A stretch of DNA of 64,000 nt from Octopus vulgaris (GCA_951406725.2 OX597814.1:198958001-199022000), one strand, 5' to 3'; positions 11,295 through 25,372 are shown, numbered from the stretch's first letter. Made by a program: numbers and translations. Notes: generated by a model not told the origin, from the letters alone.

Positions 11295-12436
11295 ATATAC
11301 ATTTTTGTATACATTTCTTGTATTACATGTATTAATATCGTAAAACTTTATATATTGATTTGTCTAACTTGCTTATCCCTACATTTATTTCTATACCCGC
11401 TCACGTTTTATTCTTTTGAGCACTAGTAAGTTTATTCTATACGGAGAATATCCTATTCTCATCTATGAACTATACATATATATAACGCATACATAATCAC
11501 ATTCGAAATCGTATTTGATAACGACACCCCATATCATCACCATATGCAACTAAATATATTTAAATATATACAATCACTAATGCATGTATCAATATTTTCC
11601 TGCGCGCACACTCTCGATCATATAATCACATATACATACTCATAAATCGCACTTTAATGTGTGCGCTTGTAAGTGTATATGTGTGACTTTTATGCGATCA
11701 CTGTACATATGTGTGACATTTATATATTACATATTGTTTGACATTTCGCCATCTCATGTATGCATTTATGCATCGTTGAATGCTTGTTTGCTGCATGAGA
11801 ACACAATGTTATTCGTATTTCTAACCAACCAAACATACTACAACGTACAATGGGAATTATCTCGAAATATTTCTATGGAGATTAAATCAACGGGGAATTT
11901 AATACGACAGGATTTCCGATGAACGGAAAATGAATCCTTATTATAGATTTCAGAAAAAAAAAACAACATAAGGATGAGAAACTTTCAAAAGAGTCGTCCG
12001 TACATTAAGAAAGAAAACGCACAGTAAAAAAACTAATATCATTTGAAATTTTTAAAACTTTCTTGTAGTCAATAGTTCTAAATTATTTTGTGATATTTTT
12101 AACGTCAAAAATATCTATTAAGTCGCTTTAATATGTCCAATTTACAGATTCTTTTCACAGAATTTATATGAAAAATTACAGTAGCATGAGATTTAAGTTG
12201 GATGTTTATATGTTTATTCTTTTATTTGGGCATCTCTCTCTTATTTCTCTTATTCATAATATCTTACCCTATATATATATACATACATACATACATACAT
12301 ACATACATACATACGTACGTACGTACGTATGTATGTATGTATGTGTATACTTGAAATTTACTAAAGACGAAGATAGGTGTATGAACAACAAGCAAGTGCA
12401 TTAGTTGTCAATTGTGGAACACCACTGTAACTGCAT

Positions 12437-12474
12437 GAACCTGATGATTGCGTAACGCATGAAAGTACTAGTTT
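12437..12474 (+). ncRNA. Minimal type-I hammerhead ribozyme motif
   Basis: gaac-CTGATGA-t-tgcg(taa)cgca-t-GAAA-gtac-TA-gttt: intact core, stems I and II, palindromic stem III (AGTACT). Confidence 0.75.
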
Positions 12475-12959
12475 ATTTCAATATTGTAAAATAGCAAACA
12501 TTACCAGTGATATCTTCGAAACATTTGTCGGAAGTAAAAGAATTTGAATAACACCTGCGTTTAACTGCATTTATTTATAATATTATACAAAATATTTCAC
12601 CAAAACCCGAAGTTTCTACCTTTAAAAACAAGGCGTCACAACCTTTTTTACTTGTGTGATTTTTTGATACCCTGGTAATTATTTATATATTTTTCTGTGT
12701 TAATTGCTAAAGGAAAAAATAAACACAGCTATTTATATATTTTTGTATAAGCAATATACAGGGAAGACATTACAAGTGAGAAAGTCATTACTGATGAATA
12801 TAAAACTGTATCTCCGAATAGTTAATTAAATTTATTAGTAGAAAAAATAGAAAAAATACATGCAGCTATACGCATGTGGACGCGATAAAAAAATGCACGC
12901 TGTTACACAGCTACACATACAACGCAGAGATACGCACACACACAGATGTGTACGTATGT

Positions 12960-13284
12960 ATGTGTACCTACCTACCTACCTAACTACCTACATACATACA
13001 TACATAGGTATCTATCTGTCTGTCTGTCTGTCTGTATCTATCTATATCTCTCTACATCCATCTCTCTATGTCCATCTCTCTACGTCCATCTCTCTACTTC
13101 TATCTCTCTACATCCATCTATTTACATCTATCTATCTACTTCTATCTATCTACTTCTATCTATCTGCCTAACTATCTATCTATTTATTCTCTATTTATTT
13201 ATCTATTTATCTTTTTATCTTTTTATTTATTTCTATTTATCTATTCATCTCTCTATTTATCTATCTATCTATCTATTTATCATT

Positions 13285-13337
<53 letters not shown>

Positions 13338-13340
13338 GAT
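12960..13340. repeat. Degenerate (TATC)n/(TACC)n tetranucleotide tract
   Basis: Direct reading; source of the IYLS-type ORFs. Confidence 0.9.
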
Positions 13341-14694
13341 ATACCTTTCAGTTTATATCTTCCAAATCCCCTCCAATGCTTTGCTCGTCCCCGAGGCCAT
13401 AGTAGAAGACACTTGCCCCAGGTACCATCAATAGGACTGAACACGGAACCATGCGGTTAAGAAATAAACTTCTTACGACACAGTCACGCCTACGCCTATA
13501 TCTGAATTTTAAGCCTGCAAAGCTTTCTCCGATGGCGAGACAGAACACCAAGTAATTCCCTGCAACAACAAGACAAGCAGCATTGGTGGAGTTGTATAAA
13601 ATTTCATAATAGACACAAGACGTTCTACGTCGCATGTTTAGTTATGAGTTTTAATCTCTGTTATACCGATTTAATTAATATACTTTTCTCATAAAAGCTC
13701 GTCTTATTGAGATTTAATACGAAACAAAGAAAACAGGATGATAAGAATGCCAAGCGGTCTCTGAACGAGATAGATTTGTCTTCAAGAAACGGTATGAAGC
13801 GTCTTACTTTATATATACTTGTATTTATGTAAGAAGTTGTTTATGCACACAAATACATTATATTGTTCATTTAATGTAATCCATTGTTACACAGACTGCT
13901 TTCAGCAATCGGAACGGTTCAATAATCTTGGATTTTATTCGTGGCATAGAATCAAGCTAGTCCTTGAATGCACTTACATATTTACTGCAAGAATTCAGTG
14001 TTTATTTTGAATCAACTCTGCATCGTTACATACAATGAATGATGTATATCTCTCGTCGTGCGCCTTGCGGCAGTTTGCCTATGCGCTTTCGCTTAGGTCA
14101 CGTTCGTGTTGGTGTTGTTGTTGCAGTTTCTGTTTTCGTTTTTGTTTTTGTCTTTTTTCTCTTTTAGTTGTTATTTTGCGTTCTTCGCGATTTAGTGGAG
14201 CCGATTATGACATTAATGTAAGCGTTACATTAGTAAAAAACGACAATGATAATCAGTTTTATATAGAATTAAAAATAATAGTTTTATGTAAATATCATCA
14301 TCATCATCATCCTCATTACCATCATCATCCTCATCATCATTATCCTCAACCTCATGATGATTCTCATCACTATCACCGTCCTTTTCCTCCCCCTCCCCTC
14401 CTCCTCGTCTCCCTTATAATAATTCATAATCATTCATTATCATGACTTTTTTCTTTCTTCTCCTCTTCTTCTTTTAAAATTACTCTTTTTCATTTCAAAA
14501 TTCTTAGTGTAAATGCCTTTGACTTTCTGGGATCTGAGTTCAAATCTCGCCAAAGTCAACACTATATTTCTTCTATCCGGGGACGATAAAATACAATGCC
14601 AGCATAGTCTATCAACACTCACCTCACTATACAAATTGCTACTCTCGTACATAACTTAAAAACTACTACTGCTGCTTGTTGATGTTGCTGTTAA

Positions 14695-14895
14695 GGCGGT
14701 GAGCTGGCTGAATCGTTAGCACGCCGAGCGAAATGCTAAGCAATATTTCGTCTGCCACTACGCTGGGCGTTCAAATTCCACCGAGGTCGACTTCGCCTTT
14801 CATCCTTGAATTAAGTACCAGTCAAGTACTGGGGTCGATGTGATCGATTATCCCACTGCCCACACAAATCCAGGCCTTGTTCCTATAGTAGAAAG
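14695..14895 (+). mobile_element. SINE family B, alternative-tail variant
   Basis: ggcggtgagctggctgaatcgttagc...gaggtcgacttcgcctttcatcc...ggccttgttcctatagtagaaagg. Confidence 0.8.
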
Positions 14896-15003
14896 GATTA
14901 TTATCATTATATGAAAATTCATAGCTTATTTTGCTGGGTATGATGGAAAGTTTCGGTTGTCCACGGTCAGCAGAATATGGTGACACTCATTTACTGTTAC
15001 GAT

Positions 15004-16080
15004 TCAAGAACGCTGCGAAGAATTCTTGGAGTTCCAAGGAATGATGATTTTTGTAGGCATTCTTCCTTCACACTTGCACCGATCTTTTTCAACCATGCTG
15101 GTTGTTGGGTGCTGATATTTCAAAGCGCACCAATTACTATTGGTATGGCGTCTACTCTCTTCATTGCTCACAACCTTCGTATTTCTCACTTCAAATCGTA
15201 TAATTGTATATTTTTTTCTTCTTTCACATTGATCCTGTTTCCACCGGGGCATGCTATGTCGATTATCATACATGTTTTCACTTTTCTGTTCACCACAACA
15301 ATGTTCAGTCCCCGATGTCTGGTCGGGTGATCGCAATGGGTTTTGCAATTCTCATTCTCAGTGACTCCTTCTGGAGTTTACTCATATCACGTCTTTGCAC
15401 TTTGTAGGCCGTGATTTCCCAGAGCTCCCAATGGATCGCTCTTGTCACATTGTTATGGCCTCCTTTGTATTTGCGTTGTGCCAATTTCGGGCATTCGCTA
15501 ACTATGTGTAATGCCGTTTCACTCCTCTCACCACACATAAGCATTTGTTACTATCAGTAGTGTTGTCTATTCTGCACTTCATATAATCGGTCCTTAACGC
15601 CTGTTACTTATGCCGCGCATATGAGTGCTTCTATCTCTATGTTCAGGTCGCTCCTCCTCATCCATAGCCACCTGTATCTGTCTTGGCATTCACATCTCTT
15701 GCAAACTGACCGTATGTTTTCTTTTCCTTTCAGGCTTTTTCTTTAATTTTGTTAATTTTTTTTAGTTGCGCAATTTTCAGCTTTGATGACACCGGCCTTC
15801 TTCGTGTGCTTTCATCAGCTCCACGGCATTTTTATATACCACCCTAGGCTGTTTTTCTCTGCTTCGATGCAGTCCTGGCAACTGATCAAACTTCTTCCAT
15901 TCTTTCTTATGGACAAGTACAACCTATCGGTGTCACTCTTAGGGTGGTAGGCTCCGTTTACAGTCAAAGTTTTTTCTGGTCTTGGCATCCATTTTCTTAA
16001 TTTCTCTATTTTGCCATTTTATAATTCCTGCTCCATAGCAAAATGATGCTATCGCCCACGTATTAACTGACCGTAAATTT
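15004..16080 (-). mobile_element. R4/Dong-clade non-LTR retrotransposon 3' part (RT thumb, CCHC knuckle, RLE), pseudogenised
   Basis: Minus-strand peptides NGAYHPKSDTDRLYLSIRKNGRSLISCQDCIEAEKNSLGWY, CGERSETALHIVSECPKLAQRKYK...HWEL, ITRPDI and GTPRILRSVLES*; multiple frameshifts. Confidence 0.85.
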
Positions 16081-16460
16081 TCTTTTCGTTCCGTGCTTTT
16101 TATTATTTTTTTGTTCATATCATGTTTAAAGTTTTCTTTAGTTACACAATTTTCATTCTTCTTCTTCTTCTTCTTCTTCTTCTTCTTCTTCTTCTTCTTC
16201 TTCTTTTCCTTTATTATTGTTATTATTTAAGACGTCGCTCGGTGTCCAATATCATGATGTTGATTGAAGATATGGTGTCTACTGGGGGTTAGTACTGTCT
16301 GTCGAGTCACAACAAGGACCCCAGATAGACAGCACTTTACGCAAAATCAGCAAGCGAGAATAATCGTTAATACTTCAGACAAGAATTCTGAGTTCTAAAT
16401 ACAAATTCTGTCGAGGTCAACTTTGCCTTTCATCCTTTCAGAGTCGAAAAATTAAATACC

Positions 16461-16721
16461 AATGGTTAGGGCAGCGGACTCGCGGTCATAGGATCGCGGT
16501 TTCGATTCCCAGACCGGGCGTTGTGAGTGTTTATTGAGGCTCTGGCAGGGGGTGGTGGCGATCCCTGCTGTACGCTTTCGCCACAACTTTCTCTCACTCT
16601 TCCTTATGTTGGCCTGCTCGCTTAGCCAGCGAGGGGGGCGTCATTTGAAGGCTAAAACAATGCGAAGCGCATTGTGACCAGCGATGTGTAGCAACATCTG
16701 ATAGCCTGGTCGGTCACGGTG
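16461..16721 (+). mobile_element. SINE family C (tRNA-Arg-like head), tail variant 3
   Basis: ggttagggcagcggactcgcggtcataggatcgcggtttcgattccc. The tail gcgcattgtgaccagcgatgtg also occurs in older copies at 16825-17122 and 17358-17645. Confidence 0.85.
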
Positions 16722-18234
16722 TTATTGTATTAATAGTTTGGGTGGTGACTGTAAGGTATAAACTGTCTGAGTTGAGTATATTGTATCGTAATTAGCATGT
16801 ATAATAAGTAACCGAGTGAAAGGGCCTGGCCTAATGGTGATGGCGTTGCATTCACGATCGCCAGATGGTGGGTTAGATTTCGGAGCCGAGCAGAACGTTG
16901 TGTTTGTGAGCAAAACGCTTCAGTTCACTCACTGCTAAGAGTCCACTCAGTTATAAATGATTAGCCCTGCGACGGACTTACCTTCTGATCAGGGTCGAAG
17001 CGGGATGTTGGCTTGCTCGCCTAGCCACCGGGATGGCATCGTTCGAAGGCGAAAACGCTGCAAAGCGTAATGTGATCAGTGATAAATAACAAGATGCGAT
17101 AGTCTGGTTGATTTCGTAATCACTGAATATTTCAGCCACTGTATAATTACCAGAAACTGGCATCTTTAACATAATTCCCAGAAGGAAACAGTGTAACAGA
17201 TTATGATTTGCAGGTGATGTTTGGAATTGAATTTTTCTATTTGAGACAAATTCCATCTGTCGAAATTCCTGTCAGATTATTTACACTAGTTTCAATTACA
17301 AGACTTGGGAGAATTCAAAATTATGGTATTACTAAATGTATCTTACCCACAGCGAATGCGCGTGCCTTAGTGCTTAGGGTGTTGCACTCACGACTGCTAG
17401 ATTATGGGTTCGATTCTCGCACCGGGAAAATCGTTGTGCTCCTGAGCAAAAAACACTTCCTTTCACGTTGCTCCACTGCAGTCAGCTATAAATGGGACAC
17501 CCTGCTACTGCAGAGTCTTCTAATAAGAGGGGACGTTGGCCTGCTCACCAGGCCAGGGGGAGGGGCTCATTCAAAAGCTACACAATGTGAAGCGCATTGT
17601 GACCAGTGATGTATAACAGCATCTGATACTCTGATCAATACAGTGATTTTTACCTACAATGTGACTTTATGTGGTCTAAAGTGACCTTCTGTGGTCTAAA
17701 ATTCCTAACCGCTTGTGTATAAACAGGAACACTTTTTGGGTTGTGTTACATTGATCATTAAGGATGTGTTGCGTAGAATGAGTTGAATAATCATGTGATG
17801 ATGGGTGAGATGTGTTATCGGCTGCTAATTCAGTAAAAAATATTTCTATTGCAGCAGCACCTTTGCGTATATATCAGCAGTACTGCAATGACTGTAGCAT
17901 TAACTGTTATTACTATTATTATTATTAGTAGTAGTAGTATTTATTATCAGACGGTTAATCGATTTGCTTTATTTATCTTCGTGTTTTCGACAGTTTTATG
18001 TGAGTTTCTACTGCATCGTTATGAACACTTCCATTCTCCTAAGATGTAGATACAAGTGGTTGCGTAGGTTGGGGTCATGCGTTAAATCACACACGGTCTC
18101 ATCGTGGATAAATGTCTTTTACGATGATACTATAATTACTTCGTTCGGTTCGAGCTTCGTGAATAAAACTAGTAAAGGGGAAACAGCCTGGATCCTTGTT
18201 GGATGAACTGTTCCTGTAATTTTGCATTAGTTAT

Positions 18235-18706
18235 ATTTGTAGATGGGTGAATGTAGCAAGGATGGCACGTATGAATGACGAAGCCACCTTGAGCATAATC
18301 CTATGAACCCGGAAAAATTTAAAACAGAGGATTACCTACTCGCAAACAAATGTGGTAACATGTAACATTATTGACCGAGGTTACCGTGGTCTTTTCCGTA
18401 GGCTCTTCTTTCCACAGATAAACCTTGTCTGCTTCCCCCTTTACACTTTACATCAAAACATTTCTGTGATACACGATCCCTATTGATCGTTTTTTTTTTA
18501 TTTTATTTTCTTTTTACGATCACTTTTGATCAAAAACCTACCCCTGTTGCTCGTGTTTTTTATTTTTTTTATTTTCTTCTTTCCTTTTTACGATCCCTTT
18601 TGATCGAAAACCTACCCCACTTTCCCCCCACCCCCCAAAAAAGAAACGCTCTACTTTGTAATCTGTCCCGTCTGTGTGCAGCCCTGTGTGGCTAATAAAG
18701 AAACAT
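18235..18706 (+). mobile_element. Probable 3' end (ORF tip plus 3' UTR) of an L1/Tx1-like LINE
   Basis: Short peptide WVNVARMARMNDEATLSIIL*, then a pyrimidine-rich UTR with three acgatc.c.tttgatc repeats, ending ccctgtgtggctaataaagaaa. Confidence 0.4.
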
Positions 18707-19713
18707 ATTTTTGTAGTTCTGTGGCGGATAATTTTTTCATTTATTTGGAAAAAGATCTATCTTCCTGTTTCCTAAAAAAATATTTTCTTTCTCTGTGGGA
18801 CTTTCCCTGAAGTATTCTAAATGCAATCATTACTTTTCATGTATTGTTTTCTGTCTAGACTTGCCAATTCACTTAAACTCCAGTTGAGAATATAATAACT
18901 ATGATTTATTAACGGAACTGCTACAGTATTGAAAATAGATTTTTTGTTTAAAGAAATTAGCAAAGTATTTGTCTGATGTGTCTATCATCACTTTCCAGCG
19001 TTTTCTCTTCCGTTGAATGTATTATGCGCAGTGTACTTAAAATGTAGTTAATTAAATTCTTAAATATTTGTAAGTATGCTTATTTTAATTCTCCTCATAC
19101 GCTTTTTTCCCCGTTTTAGCTAGCGGATATTAGAGCTTTTTTTTAAACATTAATTAATTCTCCTCTCTCCAAGGTTGCTTAATCATATTTTTAGACTGAA
19201 GTTCTAAGTGCTCATTCCTCTAATGTATAAGTTCTTCTTATAAGGTTTTGTCTTTAATTTTTTTTGTTGCATTTCAAGTGGTGTGTGTAGCATTCGTTAT
19301 TCAGTATATGCTTTGGGTATGTAAAGACGGTGGCTTAATGGTTTGGATATTCGATTCACGATCATAAGGTGGAGGGTTATATTCCCAGTTTCCTTGAGCA
19401 AGACATTTTATTCTACTTTTCTACAGTCCACTCAATCGGCGAAAAGGAGTTATACCTGTAATTCAAAGGGGCTACCTTGTAATTTTTTGTGCCACGCTGA
19501 ATCTCCCTGAGAACTGCGTTACAGGTACTCGTGTTTGTGGAGTACTCAGTCACTTGCACGTTAATTTCACAAGGAGGTTGTTCCGTAACCGACGAAATAC
19601 CAGTGTAGCATTCCGTTATTTTCTGTGTGCGCATGCGTATAAGGCTTGAAGTTATATATTGATCTGCGTTATATATTATTATTATATATATGAAGTTATA
19701 TATTGATCTGATA

Positions 19714-19945
19714 AGGCGGCGAGCTGGCAGAAATGTTAGCGCGTCGGGCGAAATGCTTTTTCGTATTACGTCTGCCGTTACGTTCTGAGTTCAAATTCCG
19801 CCGAGGTCGACTTTGCCTTTCATCCTTTCAAGGTCGATAAATAAAGTACCAGTTACGCCCTGATGTCGATGTAATCGTCTTAATCCTTTTGTCTGTCCTT
19901 GTTTGTCCCCTCTATGTTTATCATCTTGTGGGCAATAATGAAATA
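19714..19945 (+). mobile_element. SINE family B, monomer
   Basis: Head-to-tail match to 8083-8312. Confidence 0.9.
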
Positions 19946-21479
19946 TATATTTTGATCGGCTTTATTAGATATTTTTCATTATTTTTACACAGGTTAAGTG
20001 TTGAGCTGGCTGACTCGTTACTGCGCCGAGCATTATGCTGAACGGCATTTGTGAAGGCGCATGGCTCAGTGGTTAAAGCTTACGATCGTGAGGTTGGGAG
20101 TTCAATTCCCGGACCAGGTTGCGCGTTGTGTTCTTGAGCAAGACACTTTATTTCATGTTGCTCCAGTTCATTCAGCTTTAGAAGTCAGTTGCGATGTCAT
20201 TGGTGCCAAGTTGTATCGACCTTTGCCTTTCCTTTGGATAACATCGGTGACGTGGAAAGGATAGGATGGTATGCATAGGCGACTACTGGTCTTCCATAAA
20301 AACAAACCGAGGTTGCGCGTTCGCCGGTGAAGCGACTTTCCGTCCTGACTTGTACCCCGGAGGGGAATCTCTTAGTTGCACCCATGGTCATTCGTGACCC
20401 ACGCAATTATTTAAATTTCGTCCGTGATTACTTTGCCTCTCATTCTTCCGGGATCAGTAAAATAAGTACCACTTGTTAAGCATTGGAGTGAATATAAGCG
20501 GCTTGACCCCTCTTTCAAAAATTTCGGATTATTTTTATGAGGCTCATTTTGTTATTATATGTCTAATTGTTTGTTTTTTGTTCCGACTATCCCTTTTCTA
20601 GGCCTTCCTTTTATGTATATTTCTTCATTACCTCCACAGACATGGTGATGTCTCTTTGAATTGATATATCGACGAGGTGACATATTTCTTTTGATGATCT
20701 GAAACAATTACTTCGGGAAAAAATCGTTTTAATATTCCTCCCCTTATGAGTCGATACACCCAGGGTATGGCCAACAAGTAATCAACGTGAAATTATAGTT
20801 TTTTTTTTATTACCTGTTTCCCTATGACTATTTCAATAACCCTGACATATTGTCAACCGTGTGAAACTTTTCGCACAGACTTATTTCAGTATAAATTTTG
20901 CTTTCTCTAGTTCAAACAGCCAGAAACAATGAAATATAATTCTTTCATTACACTCTCTTGATATTTATATCATTTTGAAATGGCTTCTTTCACACATTCA
21001 AATAATTTACAGTGGAAAACTTTGGCAGTGTGTCAAGATTAAAAACCATTACAGATTCAGTTAAAACTATAAAAAGGCTTTCCTGGCAACATTTCAGCGT
21101 GTCCCTTTCTTAATTCAATTTTAGCTCGACATAAGGGAGGGAATGATATTCATACAGGCTAGTATGAGGGCTCGATTAGTGTGCTCAAAAAGTGGTTTAA
21201 TTCACATTTCTAGGGAAAAAAGATACAGATGAAAAGGTTATGGCTAATGTCAAAAGAAAAAAAAATCTGGTCAACTTGCACCTTTTCGGTGTCGTGTTAT
21301 TTTCGCTGTCACGACATGCAAACATGCATTGAAACTGCCTTATTTGAGTGTAGCCATGAGCGATGAGAAAATAGCTGTGATGGTCAATTATCAGACACAC
21401 TTTTATAGATTAGCCCCTTGTCCATCCAAAATCTCGAGTAGATCTAAGATCAAATGTGGACCTTGTGTGAATACTTCGA

Positions 21480-21850
21480 AAAACGATGACGCCGTGGTGA
21501 TCTCATTCTCGCTCACAACATCATAAGCAGAAAGTGTAACCTCTCGAAAGAGCTGTTCTTCACTCCTGCTCCAGAGCGTGGGCTGCGGGGTCACTCCGAA
21601 CAGCTCTATCTACGACGATTTCATCTCAATCGAAGGAGAGGGGCTTTCTCTGTCCGGGTTGTGGATCCGTGGAATAAGCTGCCGGGCGAGATAATAAAGA
21701 TGCCGATGACCGCTCGGTTCAAAGTCTCTCTTGACCAGAAATGGCCTGAACTCTTTGTATGACCGCCCTCCCTGTACATAACTCCCTGTCCCCCTACATG
21801 GCCTTGCTTTTGTTTTTTGAGCCAATAAAAATTGAATTGAATTCAATTGA
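21480..21850 (+). mobile_element. CR1-clade LINE 3' end
   Basis: KR*RRGDLILAHNII...FFTPAPERGLRGHSEQLYLRRFHLNRRRGAFSVRVVDPWNKLP...FKVSLDQKWPELFV* (stop 21760-21762), followed by an (AATTG)n tail. Not in the ORF track on this strand. Confidence 0.9.
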
Positions 21851-22684
21851 TTATGTGGATCCAGTGTGAATGCTTCCAAATATTTAGTATAGGCAGGTGC
21901 TCGAATCCCTATATTTCTTTGTTAAGCTGGTTGATGTAACGCCATCCCATGCCGTATATTAAGTTTTTGCAAATGGTAAAACGACAATATCTTTAGTGAT
22001 AGTCACAATGATAATGAGTATGTGCTTTACGGTTTTGATTACTCCCAAATTAAGATATGATTTATAGACAGAGAAATGCTACCAAGGAAGAGATACTGGG
22101 ATATATTGTGATATTGAAGCATTCCTCAACGCACTTATTTATTATGCAGAAATTTTGACGTGCAGAAGTAGGTCGTGCTGTTATTGTAATGATAACTGGC
22201 GCTCTGAAGATCTGATCGTCTCGTTAATTTCCTTGACAAAGAAGAGCAGATGCTTTTAGTTTGTCTCATGGGCATAAATAAGCATTAAAGCGGTCAAGGG
22301 TGAAAGGTCCGGAGAAAGGTTATATTTTGACAATAAGAAACAGAGGAAAGGGAATCGCGCAAAGAGTATTTAAATACTGCATTCCAATTAATGTTTGTTA
22401 GAGATACGTTAGAATAGGTAAATATGGTCCCACAAGGATTTTCAAGATGAAATATAGCAAGGCCAGTGCATTAGAATGACCCTGCACCAGTCAAATCAAA
22501 TAACTCAAGTAAAATTACTCTCTTTGTCATCTCTCTCTGATACACAAACAAATGCACACACACGTACAAACACACACATACACACATAGATACATAAAAA
22601 GATATATAAATAGACAGATTTATTGATCTGCCTGTCTATCTATCAATCAACACTTATATACATATATACATCTATATGTATATA

Positions 22685-22884
22685 TGTTGTGGGGATAATA
22701 GTAATAATGGTACACTCCTCCCACGTGTCAAGTGGTATGTGCTAGTCGCTATAAATAAGGTGACGTCGGTCAGTATAAAGGGAGAGTACGAAGTAGACGG
22801 TTAAAGTTAGTCATGGTCTTACTTGTCTTGCTAAGTATACTGCTATACCAGAGTGGGCGTCATAACAATGAGACATTAAAGATT

Positions 22885-22890
<6 letters not shown>
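22685..22890 (+). mobile_element. Solo LTR (206 bp)
   Basis: TGTTGT...ACAACA termini, ATATA on both flanks, internal TATAAATA and ATTAAA in the expected order. Confidence 0.65.
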
Positions 22891-22944
<54 letters not shown>

Positions 22945-23399
22945 CACGCTGACACGTGACGAAAGGGGATCTATCTCTCTGCTCATTTCCTGCCTAAAGA
23001 CAACACGTGCTTATACCTGTCTCCCCTCATAAGCTCGTCTTTCTAGCGTCCATAATAATTTTTCTATCGTCTTGGCTTAACAGCCCTCACCGTTCGTTTA
23101 TACTTGTCTTGTTCTGACTGTCCTATTCTTGTTACCACTTTCACCCTCTGCAAAAAATCCCAAATTGTATTTGATTTGCTTTGCGGGAAGGACTGTTTCA
23201 AAGACGTCACGCATTGTCTTTGCCTTCGTAACGCAGAGTAGATGAAACAGGGACAACTGATATTGTATGTCTCGTGTCTCTGTTTGTTGTTTTCGTTGTT
23301 CGAAAAAATAAGTTCGTTTTCTATATTTTTGGTTTTATGTGTTCGTTTCTCATTATGTTCAACGTATTTTTTTGATGTCCTGTACCCATATATGCATGT

Positions 23400-23513
23400 A
23401 TATATACATATATATGTAGTGATGTACATATATGTATGTATATATGCATATATACATATCTACATAATAATAGAAATAATATATAAATATAAGTGCGTAT
23501 GTGTGTGTCTGCG

Positions 23514-23571
<58 letters not shown>

Positions 23572-23675
23572 ATATATATATATATGTATATATATATATG
23601 TATATATATGTATATATATGTATATATGTATATATATGTATATATATGTATGTATATATGTATGTATATATATGT
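23400..23675. repeat. Compound (TA)n/(TATG) microsatellite
   Basis: Direct reading. Confidence 0.95.
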
Positions 23676-24708
23676 ACTTTGATACTTTGATAGGTTTCGG
23701 CCATTATTGGCCCAGATCATGTCTAACTTAATAGCACCACCTGGTGAAGTCTTTCAAGTCAGAATTTGGGCACTATGGCCCACTCAAGTAGAGAGTTATT
23801 GTTTACAGAGACATATCCAGGTGTAGGGGGTTTATCCGGGATTTCTTGAAGGAATCTGTCCAAAGACTTCTTGAACCCTATAGGGTCAGTTTCTGTTTTA
23901 ATGTGTTTTGGTGTAATGTTAAAGAGAGCGGGGCCAATTGAGGTGAAATAATTGTGCCGTATTGTTGTTATGAGATGAGAGTGCGATTTTTGTTTTGGGC
24001 GGATGGCACGGGGCCCAAGCCTTGGATGTACCTTAAAGGTGATGCCAACATCATTTGGGCAATGCTGATGGAATATTTTCCACATCATGCAGATGATGTA
24101 GCGCTCACGACGACGTTGGAGAGAATAGAGTTTTAGCTTTTCTAGCCGACCCCAATAGTCGAGGCCTGTCATGCCATCTATCTTTTGTGATTGCCCTTTG
24201 AGGTGCTTCAACTTTTATGATACCTTGTATTGTGTGGGGAGACCACAGTGGACAACAGTATTCAAGGTGGGGTCGGGCAAAAGTGGAGAAGAGAAGGATA
24301 ATGGTGTGGATATCTCTCGACTGGAAAGTTCTGAGAATCCAGGAACACATTCTGCGGGCCATGTCAACTTTGGTGTTTATATGAGTGGCCCAGCTTACGT
24401 TGTTGTCCACAATTACTCCCAAGTCTCTGATGTTGTTGGACGCCGCGAGAGTTTCACCTGAAGGAAGGGAGTATGGGAGTTTCAGGGCATCCTCTTTTCC
24501 AAAGTGGATTAGCTCAAATTTATCCTCGTTCAGCAGCATATTGTTTTTTTCTGCCCATTGGATAACAGCCAGTAGATCTGACTGAAGGCATGTCCGGTCA
24601 CTCGCCTCATTTATGACCTTCTGTAGCTTGGAGTCATCTGCAAAGATTTTTATGTTGCTGTGCTTGATGATGTCATTAATGTCATTAATGTAAATGATGA
24701 AAAGAAGT
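23676..24708 (-). mobile_element. 5'-truncated CR1/L2-group LINE (RT C-terminal half plus 3' UTR)
   Basis: [10 protein letters not shown]...IFADDSKL...[15 protein letters not shown]...RDLGVIVD...[13 protein letters not shown]..., one frameshift near 24185, then [20 protein letters not shown]...EWAIVPKF*; (TATCAAAG) tail. Confidence 0.95.

Positions 24709-25372
<664 letters not shown>

Larger units (their letters stand above)
10000..11396. repeat. ~1.4-kb imperfect palindrome with a SINE A copy in each arm
   Basis: 10000-10645 matches the reverse complement of 10770-11396, including the non-SINE sequence on both sides of the SINEs. Confidence 0.85.

Noticed and set aside
14035-14445. 136-aa ORF with poly-His/Pro
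   Set aside because: Driven by (CAT)n and (CCT)n simple repeats and low-complexity T-rich sequence.
22150-22350. Minus-strand SPDLSPL motif suggesting a Tc1/mariner transposase
   Set aside because: A single short motif with no supporting context or TIRs.
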